64,000 nt of DNA from Lepidodermella squamata. Its lineage: Eukaryota; Animalia; Gastrotricha. The notes under the pieces were generated by a model that made no database searches, was not told where the DNA came from, and worked only from the letters and a program-made list of their open reading frames with translations. A program made the position numbers and the translations under genes. This document shows, piece after piece, positions 37,785 to 48,867 of the stretch (positions are counted from its first letter, which is position 1; each line of letters opens with the position of its first letter). The stretch covers positions 3,534,001-3,598,000 of the forward strand of contig JBLDXI010000003.1 in the NCBI GenBank assembly GCA_047495785.1, in the 5' to 3' direction.

Positions 37785-38490
37785 TTATTCGCTTGCTTCA
37801 TGCTTCTTTTTGGCGCTTCGTTGCTTCTTCTTTTTCTTCCCGTCCTGGTTCGACGAAGCCCGCTTGTCCCTTTTACCCGACTTCTTCGATTTCGGGCTCT
37901 TTTTCTCCTTCTTCTTCTTCTTGTCGGCCTTCTTTTCAGATGACGGATGCTTCTTAGTTCGCAACCGTTTACGAGTAACCGTCACCTCCGAATAGGACTT
38001 ATCATCTTTCATCGCCTCGGAAAAGCCAGACACCTCAACTTCAGCTCGTTCGTAGGCTTTAACTCGCTTGTTCTTCCTGCCCTTGCCGTCTTCCTTCTTC
38101 TTGCCAATCGAGTTATCTTCCCATTCGTATTCGAAATTCAACTCCTCGCTGTAGGACTGCTTCTCGGCATACCCGCCGGCACGGTGGCGTTTCGTAGACT
38201 TTTTCCGATTTTTATCACCCGCTTCTGGTTTGTGTTGCTTTCGAAGCGTCTTCTCAATCGCTTTGTTACTCTTTTTTGTCGCGTCGAACAACGAGCCAAG
38301 ATCGAAAAAGTCACCGCCTTCGGATTTTTTCGGCGACAAATTCGAACCGTCAGAATCTGAATCGAATCCGAATGAATATACCTCGGCTGGAAAAATGGAA
38401 AAAAAATTAATTAAATTTCAGGAATTATACAAACAATGCAATACCCAGCAAAAATGCGGCAATCACCGCTAAAACCGAAATCGCCCTCAT
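37785..38490 (-). CDS. Secreted Lys-rich basic protein F (~215 aa)
   Basis: Exons 38490-38445 and 38386-37785 (phase-1 intron). Signal MRAISVLAVIAAFLLAEVYS. Acidic FGFDSDSDG start, then K/S/E-rich body. Confidence 0.75.
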
Positions 38491-39327
38491 TTCAACCAAA
38501 ATTGAACACCTGAATAAAATTCCTAGTAGTAAAACAATTAAAATGTTTTTTACGATTCGATGATGAATGGGGTGAACCGGTCGCGTGCCAGCTTTTTCGC
38601 ACGTGCTAAGTTCGAATTATGAATCAATGAAAGATAACAGCCTTATTTTCCTGGAACTGGACACTAATCTGTGTCTATTTTCCCCAAATATTCCATATTT
38701 GCCGCGGCATCAAATACGATTCATCCTTAGAATTAATTAATTTTTTATGGGAAATATTCTTGGTTGTAATTTCTGAGATTTGTATCATTTATAGAGTCAA
38801 ATGACAGTGAAGTTTGCGGCCTTTGAAACCGTGTGAAATTTGATGGAGTAGTCGATTGCAATCAGTTAGCTTTCGAACTTCGAAATGCTTGCGCCGATAA
38901 TGAAACTCCTTGGCTGATAACTTCGAAAAATTGGAAGGATATATCCATCATCTCAGAACTAATTGGAATACCAAGCGCGCTTAACTCATTAATTTGCGGC
39001 AGCGAAAACAAGAATTATCAGAATTTCTGCGTCTGACGGTTAGCAATGTCAAGCTTGCATGCCCTATTCCGCGACCTTTTATTCCCAAAACAGCATTTCG
39101 ATAGCTCAACTTTTCTCTCTTTCTCTCCTATTATTTTTGGACTAATAAACGGAATGTCTCTCTCCTACTAGGTGACAAAAAAGACAAGGATTAAATCAAT
39201 AGGTATATTTATTGCACCAAATCTCAAAAACATAACAAGCATCACGGCATGGTTCAACAATACCAAATACATATCACTGCATCAGTTTGTCGAGCTCTCG
39301 AGCCCAAATGATGACAGAATTTCAAGC

Positions 39328-40529
39328 TTAGTGGTTGTAGCCACCTTTCTTACCACCCTTCTTTTCGGCCTTCTTTTCGGTCTTCTTGCCGGTCTTCTTG
39401 GCAGCCTTCTCGCCCTTCTTTGGGCTGGCGTTCTTTTCTTGGTAGCTGCCAGAAGCCGAAGCCCTGAAGTTGTGGGTGGCGCGTTCAGCAGAGGCATTAG
39501 CGCGTTTTCGGCCGTGCTTGGCCGAGGCCTTACGGGTGTGGGCAGAGTCAGAGACGGCGGTCTTCTTGTTGCCGGCCTTGTACTTGCGAGCGTTGCGCGA
39601 GTCCCGGGCGGCGGAGGCCGAGGCTCGGCGTTTGTGGGCCTTGTTGCGATTCGCCTTCTTCGAGGCAGCGGCAGCCGAGGCAACAGACTCGCGAGTAGCG
39701 TAGTCAGCAGAGTGGGCCTTGCGGTTCTTCTTGCCCTTGGACTTCTTGGCGGTCTTCTTGCGGCTGGTAGTAGCGGCATCTCCGAAATCGAAATCGAAAG
39801 CAAAGTCATCGAAAGCAGCTCCTTCACTCGCCTTGTTGACCTTGTTGTGGCCCTTGTCGGTGAAGGTCTTCTTCTTGAACTCGATCACTTCGCCGGCCTT
39901 GTCGCGGGCCTGGTCCTTGGCGAGCGCAGCCTTGCGCTTGTGGTCGGCGCGGCCATGCTTCTTGTTGCGCTTGTGCTTCTCGGCAGCGGCAGCAGCGCCA
40001 GAGTCGGCGTAGGCGTTGTCGTGCTTCGCGGAGGCAGCGGAGTCGCTTTCACGGCGTTTGCGGCCGTGGCGCTTGCTGCCGGCCTTGGACTTCTTGCGGT
40101 CGTAGGCAGAGTCGCGCTTGCCAGCCGAGGCGTAGGTGGCCGAGGCGCGTTCGCGGCTGGCCGATCGGGTCTTGATCAGCTTGCGCTTGTCGCTGGTCTT
40201 CTTGTTGTGGGAAGCATCAGCCGAGGCGTAGTGGGCGGCGGCGGAATCTTGTTCAGCAGAGGCGGATTTGCGGTCGTAGGTGTCGCGGTGGGCGACCGAG
40301 GCGGCGAAAAAGGCCTTGCGACCGCCTTTCTTGTTGCCACCCTTCTTCACACCCTTGTCGTAGCCACCCTCATGACCACCTTTTTTCACGCCTTTGCCTT
40401 TATTACCGTAATCACCGCCAGCCGAGACTAAAATACAGATGACTTGGATACAAAAATTGAAAAATTCATGAAACTTATACCAGCAGCTGCGAAGATAACA
40501 ATAACGGCCAAAGCAAGGTAGATTCGCAT
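39328..40529 (-). CDS. Secreted Lys/Ala/Ser/Arg-rich basic protein D (paralog of 18431-19786)
   Basis: Exons 40529-40481 and 40427-39328. Signal MRIYLALAVIVIFAAAVSA. Core nearly identical to protein C (KKTSDKRKLIKTRSASRERASA...KAGEVIEFKKKTFTDKGHNKVNK). Ends GGYNH. Confidence 0.85.
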
Positions 40530-40694
40530 GGTTCTTAAAATCAGTAACAAACTATATAAAAAAAGAGCGAAATCAGCTGTGAACACAGGTATGAGCCTTT
40601 ATTGATGAAATAGTTGTAATTGAAAAATGAAATTAATGGATATATTTTGACGCTTGGTGGGCCGTTTAAATAAGCAGCGCTTAATGGCTGGCCG

Positions 40695-40707
40695 ACGTGT
40701 TGCGCAA
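40695..40707 (-). promoter_or_regulatory. Candidate bZIP-type promoter element TTGCGCAACACGT upstream of gene D
   Basis: About 23 nt upstream of a TATTTAAA TATA-like box. A near-identical 13-mer sits in the equivalent position of gene E. Confidence 0.45.
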
Positions 40708-41582
40708 CCATGTCGGTGTCGAACGAACAAATGCATATTTTCCGATACTCTGCGGACGCGTGCGAGCTCCGCTGTCCGCGGAAAATATTTTCATCAGTAC
40801 GGGAGAGGCCGCTTTTTTCAAAATAGATTCATTGATTAAAAAAGTTGAACAATCATGTTCAAATCAACCATCAACGTGTTAATCACTCGAGCTCGAGAAA
40901 AAAAAAAAATATCATTTCATTTTTCGGTATATGGCTTCGCTCGCTGCGTCAGGGAAATTTTCGGGCAGTAACTACATAAGCAACCTTGGCTTCAACGAAG
41001 CTATTAATATCGGTATTAAAGGTCCAGTTTTCACATTTCAGCAGTCATTTCTGGATTTTTGTAGCAAATGATACCTAAGAAATTGTTTCCGCAGTTGATC
41101 GCGATCATCGCTTGCCGTTTTTCCTTAACAACGATTCAAGGACCCAGCATCCAGGAAAAATAATAATAAAATAAACATTCATTATTTAATATCATCTGCC
41201 CATTTCTTATCCTTTCTGCAATCGATAATGAATAAGCAATCATGAATCATGAAAAATCGGTTGTCGTCGGCTCTGGCGGTGCCTTGAATACGAAAAAATT
41301 CAGCAAGACGAGTATTTTATTAGAAAAATTATTCCCTCGGTTCGGCTTGAGGTGCATCTTCAGAGACAGTTTGATGACAAAAATTATATGATTCCTGAGG
41401 AAAATTCGGCTAAGCAGGATATTTTAATTTAAATTGGAATAATTTAATTAGACGATGTCCCAAATAAAAGTCCCTCAATTTTGTTCTGCTTTTTGTTACC
41501 TTTTCATCAAGACCATCAACACTATCAATGGTGCCGTAAAATTGTATCTATGAAATAAATAGATACACCTTCGTTAGATGGC

Positions 41583-41826
41583 CCGAACGAATATTCATAC
41601 ATTATTTCTCGGGTATTTCTGCAGTTAATTTGAAATTAATTTGAAAATCTCAGAACATGTTCGGTAAAAACCCTAAAAATGACCTGAACTTTGGCCTCGG
41701 AAGCCTCGGACATTTTTAGATATTTCTGTCTATTTCTTAGGGGTTACTGACATTTTTCAGGGATTTTTTTGGGATTTCAAATTAATGGCAGAAATACCCG
41801 GGTAATGATGTATAAATTTTTGTTCG
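41583..41826. mobile_element. Degenerate MITE/hairpin element
   Basis: ATACATTATTTCTCGGGTATTTCTGCAGTTAATTTGAAAT (41597-41636) pairs with ATTTCAAATTAATGGCAGAAATACCCGGGTAATGATGTAT (41774-41813). Confidence 0.6.
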
Positions 41827-42292
41827 CGGATGTTTTAGCAGAAATTTATTTAGAAAATTACACCGCAAGTAAGATTTCACCGCAGTAACCGTAGGATTTA
41901 TTATTAGAAAAAATTCCGATTTGAAATTGCAAAGCTTAAATTAGTAGATTGTTGATTCTGCTTTCTTCAATTTTCAGGCGGCGTAATTCGATTTAATTGT
42001 GTCCGAAATTAGATCAAAAAATATTCAAATGATGAAAACTCAAAATGTTTGTGGAAATTAAGATGTATCGATCCAAATATAGACAATTTCATGTCTAATA
42101 TGAATAATAGTATGGTCAAGCACAAACAAACAAGCTCGTGCTATTAATAATCTAGCACGTTCCGCCTTTTGGAATTCGACCTTGAATAATGAATAAATGC
42201 CACGTGATATTGAAAATTTTAGGAGACACGCGACCCGTTCCGCACCGACGCCCGAGTAGCGCCTTAGCGCGCCCGGCTACGCAAAACCACAG

Positions 42293-42305
42293 TTGCGTAA
42301 CACGT
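42293..42305 (+). promoter_or_regulatory. Candidate bZIP-type promoter element TTGCGTAACACGT upstream of gene E
   Basis: About 17 nt upstream of a TTTAAAA TATA-like box (42322). 12/13 identical to the element upstream of gene D. Confidence 0.45.
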
Positions 42306-42474
42306 TCAGCCACACGCGCCCTTTAAAACAAGTCGAACCCCGTCTCACGGTTCATTGACGAGAATTCAATCATTCACTTTCATTACAAGCATTTCAGCTT
42401 TGAAATTGAGGTGTTTTAAAAGAAATTTTTAATTTATTTTTCAATTTTCGTCCTAGATTTTTTTTATACTCAAA

Positions 42475-44392
42475 ATGAGGATCGCCCTCACTATCGCCGT
42501 AGCGGCATTTTCTTTAGGTAATTTCTGAACAATTATTGACCTGTTTTAAACGAATTATTTTTTCAGTCGCCGTTTACGCCAATGGAGCTGAAAAGCAAGA
42601 CGCGATTAACGCGAAGGCCATCACCAACCTCGCCAATCTGCCTGGTGCTTCCGGGGCGGCTGCTGCTGCTTCTGGCAAGGATGGATTGAGCCAATTCACG
42701 AGCGGAGGCGGCGCTGCCGGCGCTGCTATCACTGGCGGTACTGGATCGCTGACGGATTTGGGCAAGAACCAGGCGAACACGCAGGCGGCTGGTGGAATCA
42801 GCCAGAACAACCAGTTTACGGCCGGCCTCAGCCAGTTCGGCAGTCCTGACGCCGCCAAGGAAGGTATCACCAGCAAGATTGTACCCGCCAGTGCCAAGAA
42901 GCCGGCTGATAGCGAACCGGAGAGCAAGAGCGAGGAGTCAGCCGCCAGTGAAAAGTCCGAGGCGAGCGAGAAGTCGTCGGCAAGTGAGAAGTCGTCGCCT
43001 GAATCAGCGCCGCAACCCAAGAAGAAGACCGCTGCGGTGCGCAAACCCGAGCCGAGGAAACCTGCGCCGAAGGATACCGAAGAAGAAAGCGAATCGCCGT
43101 CGTCCGAAGAAGAGAAGCCGCGTGCGGCGAAGAAGGAGGTCAGGAAGCAGCGCAAACCCAAGCAAGTCAAGCCAGCTAGGAAGGCGAAGAAGGAAACTTC
43201 GGAAGATAACGACTGGAAGCAGTTCTTGAACAGCGGCGACAGCGATTTCGATATCAAGAAATACAAGGCGGGTAAGAAGGCCCAACGCGCGAAGAAGGTT
43301 GAGAGCAAGTCCAAGTCCAAGTCGTCCAAGTCCAAGTCGGAGAGCAAGTCGTCGCCTGAATCAGCCTCGAAATCGTCGCCAGAGGAGCCCAAGCGCAAGC
43401 CCAAGGCCAAGGGCAAGGTGATCCGCCTCAAGTCAGCCGGTCCCAAGGTGCAATCAGTCTCCTACAGCGCCAAGAGCAAGGAGTCGGCGAAGATCAAGGA
43501 GAACAAGAAGAAGTTCGCTGCTAAGAAGGTTTCCATTTCTGAGAAGACCCGCCACAGCAAGAGCAGCTCCGAGCACACCAAGGCGGATGCGAAGAAGAAG
43601 TCTGCCAAGGAGAAGCTCGACATCGCCGTCAGCGCCACTGTTGAAGACAAGAAGTCGAAGAAGGACGCGAAGAAGTCGTGGAAGAAGAAGGCGAGCAGCC
43701 AGCGCAAGAAGTACGCCAAGCACTCGCGATCTGACAAAGCGTCCGCCGAAGCCAAGTCCAAGAGCGAAAAGGCCAGGATCCGCGCCCGTGGCAAGTTCAA
43801 CAAGCACGGCAAGAACAACCAGGAGAATGAGCTTGACGCTGGCACTGAAAACACGCGCAATACTGACAACATCCAGTTCTCCCGCAACACCGACAAGGGC
43901 CAGGACAAGACGTGGACCAAGAGCAAGGGCAAGACCAACAACGAGTTCGGCGAAGGTGCTGCCCTGAGCGGTTCGATCGAGGCGAAGGCGTCGAAGAAGA
44001 GCGCCAAGGCGAGCAAGAAGAGCAAGAGCAAGGGCACCAAGGCGCGCAAGTCGGCTGCCTCGGAGAAGGCCAGCTACTCGTCTGGCCAGCACGACAAGAA
44101 GCGGAAGCAGAAGGCCCGCCTCAGCGCTGACGTCAAGTACAGCAAGGGCAAGAAGTACGCCAGTGCCGACTACAAGAACAAGAAGAAGGCGAGCGAGAGC
44201 GCCTCGACCAAGAAGTCGAAGAAGGCCAGCAAGGCCAAGATCTCGGCCAAGTCCAAGTCCGTCTCGATCGAGTCGAAATCTGAAGTTTCGTACAGCAAGA
44301 GCGAGTCGCCGGCGCCCAAGCAGATCAAGAAGAAGGGCAAGGGCAAGGGCAAGAAAGGCAAAGGCAAGAAGGGCAAGAAGGTCTACAACTAG
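42475..44392 (+). CDS. Secreted Lys/Ser/Ala/Glu-rich basic protein E (~622 aa) with Gly/Ala N-terminal block
   Basis: Exons 42475-42517 and 42567-44392 (phase-1 intron), probable 5' UTR intron 42411-42456. Signal MRIALTIAVAAFSLVAVYA. GASGAAAAASG block, SxE-rich block, poly-K/S body, ends KKGKKVYN. Confidence 0.85.
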
Positions 44393-45300
44393 TCACTTCA
44401 AGCGCTACAACACAAAATGAACAGCTATAATCTATTCCCAGTGATCATTCGAAATTTTCGCTTCTATTCATGTGCGTCTCTTATTTTACATTGGCGCTGA
44501 GTTTATGAGCGATCATTTATTCTCTGCTTTATTATATCGATAACGAAATAAAAATGAACAATTTCTGCATCATCGTTGTTTTTATTATTTGCTATGAGTC
44601 GCTGTAACGCAATTAGTTAGCTGTAATCAACCAAGTTCGGAATATATTTTACAAATTCTTTTTCGACAGAAATCTCTCGGGTAAAATTCATTTTTTAATC
44701 CATTAGGCATACCGTAACGATGGGTAACTTTAGGCAAAACCCTAACCAGTAATAAAATTCTGGCCCAATAATGCATGTTGTATTTGATCTACCTACATTT
44801 CGGTGGTCGTTAATTTTCGATCTTTGAGATTTTGGGCTTGAATATTTATTTTCGGCCGCTGAGGGGAAAAAACTTAATTTATTGGTCAATTTAATTAAAT
44901 TTAATTAAAATAGAAACCCAAAAAGTTTGAATTTTAATTAGAATCAATTGTCGGTGCTTTTAATTTCGTAAAATTCTGGCAATATTCTCGCAAAAAACCG
45001 AATTCTTAGATCATACCGAAAATTCATCACCACCGAAAATTATTAGATATAGAGAAGATCATTCCCGTTATTTTTAATTAAAAAGATTTTTGACAATTCG
45101 AAAAGACTGGGCTTTTATTGGACTTCATAGCGGGTGTCTAAATTACCTTGAAAATCTTAAAAGGCTTTTTATCTGCGAAGCCTAGGGTGTCCAAGGTTAC
45201 CCTGTTTCAATTACGAGATGTTACGGTATTCCTCGGTATTCACTAGAATGATCATCATGAATGATAGTAGGATAACGTAAAAAAAGTTAATTTGTTTTCA

Positions 45301-45773
45301 CTAAAACGCTGATGTGTAGGCTGGTCGGCCAGCAGCGCCCGGTCCTGCTTCGGTCGGCTGACGCTGGCGGACACTGTCTGCTCCGACCCCATTACTAGTA
45401 TCAGTGCCATTAACATTGTTATTGATAGTTTCGAAGCCGCTTTGACGAGGCCACCACAAACCCGGGTTATTGCTACGATTCCGCCTGTCCCAAAATATCA
45501 GCACAACAATTCCGGCGGCGCACAAAATCCAAATTATCACAATGACCGGCACTACAATGTCCCAACGGAATGGCTCTGGCGTATTTATCTGAACAATTTA
45601 AACATTATTTTCCCGATTAAAAGTTTAATCTTCACCTCTTCACTGTTAATTCCTGACGTGGTATTTTTCGCCTGGGTTGTTGTTGTTAAATTTTTGACGA
45701 CACTGAGCCAAGTTCGCGTTACATAACTCGAAAAATTGCCAACCACTGCCGTTGTCACATTTTCGCTGCTCAT
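45301..45773 (-). CDS. Small single-pass membrane protein (N-glycosylated Thr-rich ectodomain, no signal peptide)
   Basis: MSSENVTTAVVGNFSS...NSEE, intron ~45635-45589, then INTPEPFRWDIVVPVIVIIWILCAAGIVVLIFWDRRNR...; several NxT/S sites, one TM helix followed by basic residues. Confidence 0.6.
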
Positions 45774-45993
45774 CTCTCGCCGAAAAAAATATAAGCTTCA
45801 AGCCTCGAAGAAAACTATTGCATTGCGTTAGGAATAAGATAGCAAACGGTAAGACGCTTTTGGTTCAATCGATTCGCGAAATCGATTCCGAACAATGCTT
45901 CTTATAAATTATTACCGATGATGCGAAACATTTTTTTATTTCTGCGATGATGATGAAACACAACAAAAATGGCGTGGGAGAAAGATTAGTCAG

Positions 45994-48867
45994 TTATAAC
46001 AGGTGAAATTCAGCAGCGGCATCGTCGATCAGCAAATCGATGATTGCATCATTGGCCAGGAATTTACGCGCCTTTTTCTCAATCACGTGCCACTCTTCTT
46101 CCTGCGGCTCGTATCTGTGATGCAAAATCGATAGGGCGATTGTTGTAGCCACAAAGTGATCGTCCACCGGTTGCCACATGAGCCGTTTTTGCGCTAATTT
46201 TTCGAATCGACTTCGGATATCCGCCACATCCGAAGCAGGTTTTGTCGAGATATTTTTGAAAATTTCAAAAAAGGCGTCGTTCAAATTCCAGGAGCCATCG
46301 AAATTTTGCAGGGTGACCAGATCGACAAAGTCTGACTTTGAAAGTGTCTCGTTGTTCCCCTCGGCCTTTGAAATGAATTTAAGGGAGATTATTTTGAATT
46401 TTGAATAATTGAAATTGAAATTGAAATTTTAAATTGAAATTTCAAAATTTCAAAATTCAAATTCAATTTCATATTTTCAATAAATACTTACCACAGAGAA
46501 TCCTCTAGCAATCTACGCAGAAATATTTTTCAGGAAAATTATTAATTATTAATTAATTTTACCGGAACTGGCTTTGCAACAGAAATTGGGACGCTATTCT
46601 CGGCTGAATGGATGATCGATCTAGCTGCTTCCTCTTCCGTTGCAATGAAGGCTGTTAGCTTGCAAAGTACACCGGTACTTATTGATAAAGTGATAATTTG
46701 TTGCCGCAATTTCGGAGTTGGTTTCACCTCGTAAACCTCAATCGCCTCGTCCAACGCTCGTTTCGCCGCTAATCGATGTAGAGGCATCGCATCATCCCGA
46801 GCTAAATTTAATTTTTTCAATTTATTAAATAAATTTTAAGGAGTAATTTTACGTGAATAAACATTGGCCGGAATCTTGAAGGACAGCTTCGACTCCGAGA
46901 CTTCATCGCCAATTATGGCGGAAAAATTGGCGTAAAAATCCAGAGCCTTGCCCTTTTCCCGCTCAAGCAAAGCATATTGAGATACAGATCCACCTTAAAA
47001 AAAATTAAATAAAATTTTAAAATATTTTGCAATTTTTTTGTTTTTTACCGGCGAACACGGGTGTTCCAAGAAGCTTTTTCGGTATCAAACCTCGATCCGG
47101 CAATTTTCCACCCGAATTCACGCTCCATTTATAATCGACGTTATACGCCGTTGGGTGAAGGGTTACAGTCAACAATTCGATTATTTTCGGCCTAATTCGA
47201 TCGTTCGACCCGCGGATGAACACCGCCAATCCATTCGAAGCGCGAGCTACGCCATTTATCAACGCCGAACTAGCGCCATCGCCCAACCCGATCGCGAAAA
47301 CCTGAGTCCGAACCGCCTTAGTTTTGACTAGATTGATCACGTGATCCGTATTATCGACCTCGCCGTCCGTCAGTAAGAAAATGAGACGACGGGCCCCGGT
47401 TTCAGGCCGCATATCCTGGCTGAATATGTGGTTGAATGCCTTCAAAATTTCTTTCCCATCCAAGTCAGCCTTCATCCCCATCGCCCAGGTAACAGCTAGG
47501 GAAATTGTCTCTTGGTCGTAAGATTGGGCGCTGAATAATTGAAAAATTTGATTTTCCGCATGAATTATTCGAATTTCTTACCTCCCCGGGAAAAGTTCCA
47601 TTAAATCGGTCCCGAATCCAATAATATTGAACATTGAACCGAATGGCAAGCTTTTGATTAGGAGAATCAGTGATGCCCTAGCGTGGGAAATCTTATCACC
47701 CGCCATCGAAGCCGATCTATCAACCACAATCCAGTATTCATCAATTGAATTTCCGACAACTTTTGACCCAGAAAGTGGCTCAAACCAGGCAGCAGCTATG
47801 TCGAAGTTCAGCCAAGACCTGGGCGGGATGGGCGCCCGGGCTGGTTCGACGTAAATCATCGGCCGATTGCGAAACCCCGGCAAAGGTTCAATGAGAAGTT
47901 GGAAATCGTGGTCCTGAGCGAACTGGACCATAGTCACGTGGGCCGAGGTTCGATTGTTATCGTACATGACCCTGATCGCGTCCCGTCTATGACGCGGCTT
48001 GATATCAGCGATCTGTCGCATTGAACCTAGCGTGATATCAGCTTCGAAGTTCCATTTGTATTGAAGTTCCGAGGCGGAGATGAAGCCCATGAAATTCGGC
48101 TTTGCAGTTGATACGACCAGTTTTCTATCGTTAGGCCGTTGCGGGATGTAGCGAGGGTTCAGGACGACAGGTAGAGTCAAGGCCAAGATTCCGTCGTCCA
48201 AGATTCGATCGATAGGCTGGACATAACCGATTCTGATGGTGACTGTTTCTCGACTTGGCAAATTGCCAAGCTTCAACCGATAAATGTCTTGCGAGCTTCG
48301 TTCGCTTTCCATTAAAACAGCTTTTCGACCCGCATCAGCCGCTTTGCTGGGAAAATTCAGAGAAAAAGAAATTTTACAAAAATTTCACTCAATTAAAACT
48401 TAATATATGAATTCTTAATTAAATTTTAGATTTAAAATATAAAATTTGAAATTTTTGAAATTTATTAATTTAAAATTATTTAAAACTTTAAAAAATTTCA
48501 GAATATTTTACTTGAATTCTTGTTCACTTGTGGCACGGTCTTTAATTCCAGCAACCAATCGACGCCCGGCTACGTCAGCCTCTAGTTTATAAACCGCTGC
48601 GTTATCGTCGATAGGGAAGATGAACTCGCATTCGACCGCTGCTGGGGCTAGATTCGTGTACTCGAGATCGGCCGTGACTGCGACAGTCCAGCCTCGAACT
48701 TTGGCTTGGATATCAATCGAAGCAGCTGGCAATGGCTGGTAGTTGGTTTCGGGTGGTTGCCAATAAATGGCGCCGACGTAGGATGGCTGGTAAGGGCCAT
48801 AGCCTTGTCCTAGTGAGATCGACGGGAAAATCACAACAAAAAACGCGAGAGATGCCCACTCGAACAT
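45994..48867 (-). CDS. VWA5A-like VIT-VWA protein with signal peptide (paralog 2), multi-exon
   Basis: MFEWASLAFFVVIFPSISLG. VIT (VECEFIFPIDDNAAVYKLEA), VWA (DRSASM, LTDGEV), C-terminus LVTLQNFDGSWNL..EWHVIEKKA. Intron positions mirror paralog 1. Confidence 0.82.
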
